64,000 nucleotides of DNA, from NCBI GenBank assembly GCA_963750165.1, contig CAVVPN010000003.1, forward strand, positions 800,001 through 864,000, written 5' to 3'. The translations under genes and the position numbers were made by a program. Within the stretch, counting starts at the first letter, position 1. The number at the start of each line of letters is the position of its first letter. Below the pieces are notes generated by a model, which saw only the letters and a program-made list of their open reading frames with translations, ran no database searches and was not told the origin of the DNA. This document shows, piece by piece, positions 19,777-30,900 of this stretch. This DNA comes from an uncultured Gemmataceae bacterium. Its GTDB lineage: Bacteria > Planctomycetota > Planctomycetia > Gemmatales > Gemmataceae.

Positions 19777-20276
19777 TGGACCTGAGCACGATTCACCACG
19801 GCATCGTCCGTCGCAAGCGCAAGAAGCGCGTCGGCCGCGGTGTCGGCAGCGGCCGCGGCAAGCAGTCCACGCGCGGCGCCAAGGGCCAGTGGGCCAGCGC
19901 CGGCGCCAAGCGACCGGTGCCGGTCTTTGAAGGCGGCCAGATGCCGCTGTTCCGCCGCATCCCGAAACGCGGCTTCAGCCATGCCACCTGGGACAAGTTC
20001 TTCCTCGTCGTCAACGTCGGCGATCTCGACGCGAACTTTGAAGACGGTGACACGGTGAACCACCAGGCGCTCAAGGAGAGGGGGTTGGCCAAGGGCCCCG
20101 CCGACGGCGTGCGCATCCTCGGCACCGGCGAGCTGACCAGGAAGTTGATCGTTCACGCCCACCACTTTTCGAAGTCCGCTGCCGAGAAGATCACCGCCCG
20201 CGGCGGCACCGCCGAGGTGATTCCGCCGCCCAAAAAGCCCAAGCGCAACAAGATGAAACCCCGTCCCACCAAGTAA
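19776..20276 (+). CDS. rplO: 50S ribosomal protein L15
   Basis: RVGRGVGSG, FEGGQMPL.RRIPKRGF. Confidence 0.97.
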   Translation: MDLSTIHHGIVRRKRKKRVGRGVGSGRGKQSTRGAKGQWASAGAKRPVPVFEGGQMPLFRRIPKRGFSHATWDKFFLVVNVGDLDANFEDGDTVNHQALKERGLAKGPADGVRILGTGELTRKLIVHAHHFSKSAAEKITARGGTAEVIPPPKKPKRNKMKPRPTK

Positions 20277-20393
20277 TATCGCCGCGAGCAAGGGGGAAAG
20301 GAAAAAGGCGAGAGGGTCGGTCGGGTAACCGAGTTCTCTTGCCTTTTTCCTTCTTCTGTTTTACGTTGCATGCAACCCTTGCGAGGAACGCTT

Positions 20394-21797
<1,404 letters not shown>

Positions 21798-21810
21798 AGC
21801 GGTTCGCAGT

Positions 21811-21880
21811 TGGGTGTAGCGGAAGTCGCCAGACTTCCGTCCGGTGCTGCTCGGAAGTCTGGCGACTTCCGCTACACCCA
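21811..21880. repeat. REP-like palindrome, family D (GTAGCGGAAGTCGCCAGACTTCCG)
   Basis: Inverted repeat; second copy at 44350-44406. Confidence 0.8.
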
Positions 21881-22073
21881 TTCGCAATCTGCAATCTGCA
21901 ATTCCAGCCAGGCAACCGGAACCAGGCGCTGAAGTCCTGTGTCCCGGTTGCCTTTTTCGCGCCCCCCTTCTTGCGGTTCGACATGAAGTTTCCGAGAATG
22001 GATAAGTTGGATTAATAACAAGGCCCGCGCCGGCACTGGCCCGGCGGGTTGGTTTCGCGAAAGTGACTCCCTC

Positions 22074-22739
22074 ATGAGCTTGATACTCATTGGCCCTCCC
22101 GGGAGCGGTAAAGGCACACAAGCCAAGAAGCTCAGTCAAGGTCTGCACCTCTGTCACATCGGCACGGGGGACCTGCTGCGCCAGGCGGTGCTGCTCGGCA
22201 GCCCGGCCGGCCGCCGCGCTAAACCCTACATCGATGCCGGCCAGCTGGTGCCCGACGACCTCGTCAACGACCTGGTCTTCGACCGCTTCCGCGCGGAGCC
22301 CCGGCCCGAGCATTTCGTCATGGACGGCTACCCGCGCACCGTCCCGCAGGCGTCCGCCTTCGACCAGGTGCTGCGGCAGCAGTTTCTCAGCCTGGATGTC
22401 GTCATCGAGATGATTGTTCCGGACGAGGACATTGTCCGCCGCATCAGCGGCCGCTGGACCTGCCCCAAGCCGAACTGCCAAACCAGCTACCATACTGTGT
22501 TCAAGCCGCCGCGCGTTCCGGGCATCTGTGACGTGTGCGGCAGCCCGCTGATGCAGCGCGAGGACGACCGCGAGGCCACCGTGCGCGAGCGCCTGCGCGT
22601 CTTCCACCAGAGCAGCGCCGACCTGCTGGCCTACTACCGCGACCGGGGCCTGCTCCGCCAGGTCAGCGGCGAGGGCGACGTTGAAACCATTTACGCCAAT
22701 CTGGTAAAAGTAGTAAGTGAGGCGAAACGTCCGCAGTGA
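22074..22739 (+). CDS. adk: Adenylate kinase with zinc-type lid
   Basis: GPPGSGKGTQA, DGYPR, C..C/CDVC, QREDD. Confidence 0.95.
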   Translation: MSLILIGPPGSGKGTQAKKLSQGLHLCHIGTGDLLRQAVLLGSPAGRRAKPYIDAGQLVPDDLVNDLVFDRFRAEPRPEHFVMDGYPRTVPQASAFDQVLRQQFLSLDVVIEMIVPDEDIVRRISGRWTCPKPNCQTSYHTVFKPPRVPGICDVCGSPLMQREDDREATVRERLRVFHQSSADLLAYYRDRGLLRQVSGEGDVETIYANLVKVVSEAKRPQ

Positions 22740-22801
22740 GCCCCTCACCCCCGACCAGGGGGCGAGGGGAGCAAGACGGCAGAGCAACAGGCAGCGTCAT
22801 C

Positions 22802-23608
22802 ATGCGAAAAGCGGCGTTCCAGCGAGCCCCGGAGCTCAAATCCACCCGTGAAATCGGCTTGATGCGCGAGGCCGGCAAGCTGGTCGCCGCCGCCCTGCGC
22901 ATGTGCCGCGACATGGCCAAACCGGGCGTGCGCACCATCGAGATCGATCAGGCCGTCGAGGCCCTGTACGCCCGCCACGGGGCGACACCGCTGTTCAAGG
23001 GCTACCCCGGTCAGAAGGTGCCGTTCCCAGCCTGCACCTGCATCTCCCTCAACGAACAGGTCGTCCACGGCATCCCAGGGCCGCGGCAGATCAAGGAGGG
23101 CGACCTGGTGAAGATCGACACCGCCTGCAAGCTGAACGGCTGGTGCGCCGACGCGGCCGTCACGCTGCAGATCGGCGAGGTGCGGCCCGAGCGGCGGCGG
23201 TTGGTCCGGGTCGCCGAGGAGGTGCTGCAAATCGCCATCGACGAGATGGGCCGGCGGCAGTGGTGGTCCGAGGTGGCAGCGCGGATGCAGCGGCACGCCG
23301 AGAGCAACGGTTTCAGCGTCGTGCAGCAATACGTCGGCCACGGCATCGGCCGCATCATGCACGAGAACCCGCAGGTGCCCAATTTCGTCAGCCGCGAGCT
23401 GCGTGAACAGGACTTCCGGCTGGAAGAGGGCCTGGTCCTGGCGGTTGAGCCGATGGTCAACATGGGCCGGCCCGACACGCGCGTGCTCTCGGATCACTGG
23501 ACTGTCGTCACGCGCGACGGGCTACCGAGCGTTCACGTCGAGCACACACTGGCCGTCACCCGTGGCGGCGTGCAGGTCATCACCGCGGACGAGGCGCCGG
23601 TCGCGTGA
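22802..23608 (+). CDS. map: Methionine aminopeptidase type I
   Basis: VVHGIP, GHGIG..MHE.P, AVEPM, HVEHT. Confidence 0.95.
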   Translation: MRKAAFQRAPELKSTREIGLMREAGKLVAAALRMCRDMAKPGVRTIEIDQAVEALYARHGATPLFKGYPGQKVPFPACTCISLNEQVVHGIPGPRQIKEGDLVKIDTACKLNGWCADAAVTLQIGEVRPERRRLVRVAEEVLQIAIDEMGRRQWWSEVAARMQRHAESNGFSVVQQYVGHGIGRIMHENPQVPNFVSRELREQDFRLEEGLVLAVEPMVNMGRPDTRVLSDHWTVVTRDGLPSVHVEHTLAVTRGGVQVITADEAPVA

Positions 23609-23645
23609 GAGCCACGGCCGATTCCTTGTGGTCGTGGATGGCCCA

Positions 23646-23741
23646 ATGCTGACCTTCATCGACGAGTCCGGTGACTGCGGTTGGACCGACCCGGACTCAA
23701 AGCCCTACCTCACCTTATATCACCAGGGTGTTTGTCACTGA
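23646..23741 (+). pseudogene. Possible DUF3800-type N-terminal fragment
   Basis: MLTFIDESGDCG resembles the (F/Y)IDESG start of this family; stops after ~31 aa. Confidence 0.4.
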
Positions 23742-23917
23742 CACACCCTTTCCGCCGCCAAATAGCCAGTCATGTTTCTCCCCTTGCCCGCCTTGCGCCA
23801 GCCCGGACCGCCGGGCCGCGAATCCCGCTGGACGAATCGCCCTCCCCACGCTAAGGTGCCCGCGCGCTGCGATCCCGTCGCCGGTTGTTCTGACCATCGC
23901 CAGCAAGGAGGCTGTCC

Positions 23918-25814
23918 ATGTCCCAGTTCCTGAGTTCCCTGTGGGCCCGCTGGAGGCACCGCCCGACCCGCGTCCACCCCGCCGCCCGCGCCGCTTACCG
24001 GCCCCGGGTGGAGTGCCTGGAAACCCGCGCCCTGCCGTCCATCACGCTGCCGACCAACGGCACCTTCGGCCCGGCCACGGTCATGGGCACCAGCAGCGCC
24101 GACCAGTTCGTGCTGCAACTGCAGGCCGGCAACAACGGCATGCTGCAAATCAGCGACAACGGCGGCACCACCTTCAGCAGCGTGTCGCTGTACGCGCTCA
24201 GCGCCGTCAACGTCTACGGCTACGCCGGCGATGACACGTTGACCCTGAACAACGCGAACGGCCTGGTTGGCTACGCTGGCGGTCTGACCATCAACTTCGA
24301 CGGCGGCACCGGCCGCAACCAGATCGTGATGACCGGCAACCCCAACACAATCGTCGCCGAGAACTACCAGGTCGGCGACACCGCGGATGCCGGCTACCTC
24401 AGCGCCAACTCCGCCACTGGCGGCTCCTTCACGTTCAACTTCCAGAACACCGCCAGCATCATCGACACCCTGAACGCCACCGATTTCACCGTGGCGTTCA
24501 ACAACAACAACAACTACGTCACCGTCGGCACGGGCCTCGCCCAGGGCAGCCTGACGACAATGAAGCTCTCTGGCATCGACTACCAGAACAACAACATCAT
24601 GACGGACGACGTGTTCGTGGACGCCTCGGGCGTGCCCGCCGGGACTCCGGCCGCGGCGAGCTTCGTGCCGATCACCTTCGCCAACAAGTCCAACGTCCTG
24701 ATCGACGGCCAGGGCGGCGCCGACCAGTTCGTCCTCGATGACAACAGCGCGGTCAGCGGCCTGAGCACGCTGGCCATTAATGGCAACACCGGCACCGACC
24801 GCGTGACTGGCGACATGGTGCCGCCGGGCGTGTCGTTCGCCACCACCAACATCTACCAGACGCTCACCGGCGTCACGGATCGGATTTTCATTCAGCAGTT
24901 GTACGTGCAGCGGCTGCAGCGCGTGGCCAACGACACCGAGGTGGCCGACTGGCTGCCGGTGCTGCACAGCGACGGCATCGCCGCGGTCGTGCAGGGCATC
25001 GACCAGTCCGTCGAGGCGGAGACGCGCATGGTGAGCGAGTGGTATCAGCTGTACCTGGGCCGTCCCGCCGACGCGGACGGGCTGGGGGGGTTCGTGAACG
25101 GGTTGCAGGCGGGTGTCGGCGAGGAGTCGGCGCTGGCGGGCCTGCTCAGCTCGCCGGAATTCATCGCCCTGCAGGGCCAGACGTATGCGACCGGCAGCGC
25201 GAACGACCGCTTCATCCGCGGCCTGTACGTGGACCTGCTGGGCCGCACGCCGAATTCGACGGAGGTGACGAACTGGGAGAAGGTGATGCAGGTTTACAGC
25301 CCGTACCAGGCGGCGCTGGCCTTCGTGACCGGCGCCGAGGTGCGGCAGCGGGCGTTCACCGCGGACTACGACGCCTACCTGAACCGCAACCCGGATGCCA
25401 CCACGATGAAGACGCTGCTGGCCGCCAACTACAGCCTCGAGCAGGTGCGCGAGGGGATCCTGGGCAGCATGGAGTTCTTCGACCCGCGCAAGCACGCAGC
25501 GACGCCAGTGACGTTCAACGTGTCCCTGCAGGCGCAGGCTGACGGGCGCGTCCGTCAACACCAGCGACCAGCAAATTTACTCCTTCATCGTGGGCAAGAC
25601 GCACGTGCTCAACCTGGTGTCGTCCAGCAGCAACGGCCTGAACGCGACGGTGCAGCTGGAGGACGCAACGGGCACGGTGCTGGCATCGACGAACCCGGCC
25701 AGCTCGGTGCTGTCCTTCCGCACCACAGTGCAGCCGGGCCAGACGTATTACCTGCGCGTGGCGTCCTCGGACGTGACGCCGTCGGACTACACGATCAACC
25801 TGGCGCTGGTGTGA
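23918..25814 (+). CDS. Planctomycete surface protein: LE-x-R signal, beta-rich region, DUF4214-like repeats, C-terminal PPC-like domain (frameshift ~25540)
   Basis: RPRVECLETRALPS; LYLGRPADADGL..SPEF; LYVDLLGR; C-terminal GQTYYLRV in another frame. Confidence 0.75.
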
Positions 25815-25879
25815 GCCCGCAGCGTGGGTCGGAGCCCGAGCGCCAGCGCTGGCCCCGCGCTGGCGCTCGGGCTCCGACC

Positions 25880-26044
25880 ATCACCGTCGCCACGGACATC
25901 GCGCTGGGCTACGGCGACCCGCCGGAAGAGGTCATCGACCTCAATTTCCAGGCAAGCCGCGACGCGGACCTGGTGCGACGGGTGCTGCTTTACGCGGCGC
26001 TGCTGCACTACCGCTTCGGGGTGCCGGTCCACAGCGTCCCTTGA
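25880..26044 (+). pseudogene. Fragment of Rpn/PD-(D/E)XK-like protein
   Basis: [34 protein letters not shown], with no start, next to a REP. Confidence 0.45.
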
Positions 26045-26093
26045 CCCGAGGCAACCGATTGCCAGGCCGGCGCGGCGCGGTTACACTCACGGT

Positions 26094-27554
26094 ATGAACC
26101 ACCGCACCCCCGCACCGACCCCGCACCTGCCGGCCGTCCAGTCCCGCCGCGACTTCCTGTGCCGCGCCGGCGGCGGCTTCGGCTCCCTGGCGCTGGCCTG
26201 GCTGCTGGCCCGCGACCGCCGCGGCGGCGCCGACCAGCCCGCGCGCCCCGCCGTCAACCCGCTGACCGCCCGGACGCCACACTTCCCTGCCCGTGCCCGC
26301 TCCGTGATCTTCCTGTTCATGGTCGGCGGCCCCAGCCAGGTCGATCTGTTCGACCCCAAGCCCGAACTGACGCGCTGCCACGGCCGGCCGCTGCCGCCAA
26401 GCTTCGGTATGCCGGTCAGCCAGTTCACGCGCGGCGACACACCACTGTTGCGCAGCACGCGCCGTTTCCGCAAACACGGCCAGTCCGGCCTCGAATTCTC
26501 CGATCTGCTGCCGCACCTGGCGACCTGCGCCGACGACATCGCCCTGCTGCGGTCGTGCTGGTGTACGAGCACGGTGCATGCGCCGGCCATGTATGAGTTG
26601 CACAGCGGCCGCACCGCGATGGGCTACCCCAGCCTGGGCTCGTGGGTGACGTACGGCCTGGGCAGCGTCAGTGAGAACCTGCCGGCGTACTGCGTGATGA
26701 TCCAGCCGGAGGGCACGCCCGAGGGCGGTGCGCCGTGCTGGGGGGCGGGCTTCCTGCCGGCGGTCTACCAGGGCACACTGCTGCGACGCGGCCCGAGTCC
26801 GCTGTTGAACCTGCAACCGCCCGCCGGCGTGGACAGCGAACGCCAGCGCCGCACCCTTGACTTCACGCGGCGGCTGAACGAGGCGGACCTCGATCCGGCG
26901 GACGGCGAGTTGTCGGCACGGATCGCGTCATACGAGCTGGCGTTCCGCATGCAGCAGCATGCGCCGGAGGCAGTGGACCTGGCGCGCGAGAGCGCCGCGA
27001 CACGGCGGGCTTACGGCCTGGAGGACGCACGCACCGCCGACTTCGGCACGCGCTGCCTGCTGGCGCGGCGGTTGGTGGAGCGCGGCGTCCGCTTCGTGCA
27101 GCTGTACTCCGGCGGCGGCCCGCTGATCACGCAGTGGGACGCGCACGACAACATCAACAGCAACCATGAGACGATGTGCGGCCATGTTGATCGGCCGGTT
27201 GCGGCGCTGTTGCGTGACCTGAAGCAGCGCGGCCTGCTGGACACGACGCTGGTGGTGTGGGCGAGCGAGTTCGGCCGCATGCCGACGTCGCAGGGCGGCC
27301 GCGGCCGCGACCACAACCCTTACGGCTATACGATGTGGCTGGCGGGCGGCGGCGTCAAGGGCGGCCAGGCCATCGGCGCCACCGACGAGTTTGGGCTGAA
27401 CGCGGTGCAGGAGCGCATCAGCGTCAACGATTTCCACGCGACGATCCTGCACCTGCTCGGGCTGGACCACGAGCAGTTGACGTTCCTGCACAACAGCCGG
27501 GATGAGCGATTGACGGATGTGGCCGGCCGCGTGGTCCGCAAGGTGCTGGCGTGA
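26094..27554 (+). CDS. DUF1501 sulfatase-like protein with Tat signal
   Basis: [50 protein letters not shown]. Confidence 0.92.
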   Translation: MNHRTPAPTPHLPAVQSRRDFLCRAGGGFGSLALAWLLARDRRGGADQPARPAVNPLTARTPHFPARARSVIFLFMVGGPSQVDLFDPKPELTRCHGRPLPPSFGMPVSQFTRGDTPLLRSTRRFRKHGQSGLEFSDLLPHLATCADDIALLRSCWCTSTVHAPAMYELHSGRTAMGYPSLGSWVTYGLGSVSENLPAYCVMIQPEGTPEGGAPCWGAGFLPAVYQGTLLRRGPSPLLNLQPPAGVDSERQRRTLDFTRRLNEADLDPADGELSARIASYELAFRMQQHAPEAVDLARESAATRRAYGLEDARTADFGTRCLLARRLVERGVRFVQLYSGGGPLITQWDAHDNINSNHETMCGHVDRPVAALLRDLKQRGLLDTTLVVWASEFGRMPTSQGGRGRDHNPYGYTMWLAGGGVKGGQAIGATDEFGLNAVQERISVNDFHATILHLLGLDHEQLTFLHNSRDERLTDVAGRVVRKVLA

Positions 27555-27984
27555 ACTCCGCGGCACGAAGGGCAAAGGAGGGTAGACCCATGACGACCCC
27601 GGTCATTCCCGACCCGCGCGTCCGGGAGCGCTTCCAGCGGCTCGCGGCCCAGTGGAAGGAGCAGGCCCGCTACCTGTCCAACACCGCGCTTCCTGCCACT
27701 GGCGGCGTAGCGAACGCAGCTGCGCCGCTCCGAGCGCCAACGTTTTTCGCACGGTCGCGTTACTACAGGATAGCGGGTGTGGTACACTCGTGCGGTTGGG
27801 CCGTCGGTAGCGTCGGCAACATTCCTGCCGACCGGCGCGGGGCTTGCTCCGGCAAGATTGCGCTAATTTGGTAAATTTTTCCTGGCACAAAGAGGTTGAT
27901 TTCCTTTACAATCTCTACTGTAAGAACAATTACTGGGGCGTCCGAGGCATGGTCCCTCAGTTTTTCCAGAAGGGGGTCTGCAAG

Positions 27985-30900
27985 ATGACCAGGGTACGTC
28001 GGTTGGCGGCCCTCCTGGCCGCACTGGCCGGGATCGCCGTTCTGTCTTCCGCGCAGTCGTGGGGCGACAACTCCAAGACCAAGGGCCCCGCACTGCTGCC
28101 CAGGGATGCCGGCAAACCGGTCAACCTGCAGGCCGCTCCGGCTGACATCGAAGTAAACAAGGTGCAGTCGCGGTTCGCGCAGGCGCCGGTGTTCACGTAC
28201 CGGCCGCTGCAGGGCGACGCCTACTTCGCGCTGCAGCTCAAGCCCGAACTGCCCGCCGGCCCGCGTCGGCCGCGCGACCTGCTTATCATGGTCTCGACCG
28301 ACGCCAGCCAGGCCGGCCCCAACTGGTTCGCCTCCCACGATCTGACCGAGGCGCTGCTGAAGGCGGCGGCCCCCGAGGACCGCGTTTCGCTCTGGACGGT
28401 CAGCACCCCCGAGGAGAAATTCACCACCAGCCTGACCAAAGGCTTCGTCCCCGTCAAGGACTCCGCCAAGGTCTTCAAGGCGGCGCTGACGCGGCTCAAG
28501 GAGCAGTTCCCGGCCGGCGACACCGACCTCAAACAGGCGCTGACCAGGGCGCTGAACAGCTTCGGCGGCGAGGCGGGCCGGCAGCGCGTCCTGATCTACC
28601 TGGGCAATGGCATGAGCACGCACGCCCCGCTCACCGCCTCTGACCGCAACGCCCTGAGCGCGTCGATGGTGGCGCGCAAGGTGACGTTCTTCCCGGTGCC
28701 GATGGGCCGGCACCTGCACCCGGACAACCTGCACGGCCTGGCCACTGGCTCGGGCGGTGCCGTTGTCCGCATCGAACTCTTCCAGGACCAGGCCGCCGAC
28801 GCGCTGAAGAAGCTGGAAACGACTCTGACCACACCTGTGCTCTACCCGGCGGAGTTCACGCTGTCGAAGGAAGTCACCGAATTCTATCCGACGAAACTGC
28901 CGCCGCTGCGCGGCGACCAGCCGACACTGGTGCTCGGCCGCATGAAGGCAGCCGAAAAGCTGACCTGGAAGGTCAGCGGCACCGTGGCCGGTCAGCCCGG
29001 CGCGGTGACGCGGACGCGCACGGAGGCGGTGCCGGAGTCGGAGATTGACAACTACTTCCTGGTGAACCTGGCGGCGCAGTGGGCGCGGGCGCGGGGGCAG
29101 TACGCGCTGTTCCGTGGCGACCGCGCGCTGGTGTTCGCCTACACGCGCGACCGGCTCGACCGGCAGGAGTTGCTGGCCGGCGGCGAACGCGCCCTGCAGG
29201 AGAACGACCTCGACGCCGCTGCCGCCCTGTTCCAGCAAGCGAAGCAATTGGCCCCCGAGGATCCGCAGGTCCGGGCCAATGTGAAAATCCTGGACAACCT
29301 CAAGAACGGTAAGTTGACGCGCCTGCAGCTGCTCCAGCAGCTGGACAGGGGCAACCGCAAGGCGGTCAAGATCGTGGTCAAGGACGGCAAGCTCCGCATG
29401 ACCAGGGGCGAACTGGTGGCGATGAACCAGGCAGCCGTGCCACCCGCCCAGCAGGGGCAGCCTGGGATCAAGGGCCCCAAGGATGAGGCGGCCGAACAGG
29501 ATCTGCTGAAGGCGCAGCGGGACCGTGCGCTGGTGGCGGAGCAGAAATTGGAGAGCAACGTCGAGGCCAGTCTGCGGCAGGCACGCAAGCTGCTGGCGAG
29601 CGACCCCGACAGCGCTTACGAAGCGATCCGCGCCGCCCTGGTGCGTGTCCGCGACTACCCCGACCTCAACGACAAGTTGCGCGACGATCTGCTGCGCACC
29701 CTGCAAAACACCCTGCGCGACGTGACCGTTCAGGGCACTCAGGTCAAGCTCAAGCAGGCCGAACGCCAGCAGCTTGAGGCCAAGATGATCGCGTCTCAGA
29801 ACGCGGGCATGCAGGCGCAGGCGGAGCAGACGCGCGTGGAAGCGCGGTTCAAGGTGTTCCGCAACATGATGAATGCGGCGCGGTTCGAGCGCTACACCGA
29901 GGAGAAGGTGTTGCAGGGCCTGCGCGACATGCAGACCGAGGCCATCTACAAAGGTCAGACGCCCCCTCTCGCCACCCAGGGCGCCTACGCACAGGTCTCG
30001 GCCAACTTCAACCTGCAGGTCGCGTCGGAGTTGAAACGTCGTCGGGAGCTGGGCTTCCTGGCGGTGATGCTGGAGGTGGAGAAGTCGCACGTGCCGTACC
30101 CGGACGAGCCGCCGATCCATTTCCCGCCGCTGGCGACCTGGGAGGCGATCCGCAAACTGCGCAAGGAGAAATATGAGGTGACCGGGCTGCCCGACGATGA
30201 GAAGGGCCGCCGCGAGGCACAGGCGATCTCCAAGCTGCTGGAAGAGCCGATTGAGATGAAGGACTTCCAGTTGCCGATGACGCTGAAAGAGGCGCTGGGA
30301 TTGTTCTACGAGAAGATGGCGGCCAAGGGGCTGGAACTGCCCATCCTCGTGGACACCGACGCCTTCAAGGACGGCAACCAGGATGCGCCAGACATTTACG
30401 ACACCCAGGTCAAGTTCCCACCGTTCCCCAGGCGCATGGCGCTGGCGACGGCGCTGCGCATGGCGCTGTCGAAGATCCCAACCGGCAACGCGACGTATCT
30501 GATCCGGCGCAACTTCATCGAGATCACCACCATCGAGCGCCAGACCAGCGAGCGCACGCTGCGCGTCTACCCCGTCGGCGACCTCGTCATCCCCATTAGC
30601 AGCCGTTACAACCCCTTCAGCATGACGGGTGGTGGCGGCATGATGGGTGGCGGCATGATGGGCATGATGGGCGGCATGAGCATGATGGGCGGCATGGGCA
30701 TGGGCATGATGAATGGTATGGGCATGATGGGTGGCATGGGCATGATGGGCGGTGGCATGGGCATGATGGGTGGCATGGGCATGAGAGGTGGCATGGGCAT
30801 GATGGGCGGTGGCATGGGCATGATGGGCGGTGGCATGGGCATGATGGGCGGTGGCATGGGCATGATGGGCATGGGCATGATGGGCGGTGGCATGGGCATG

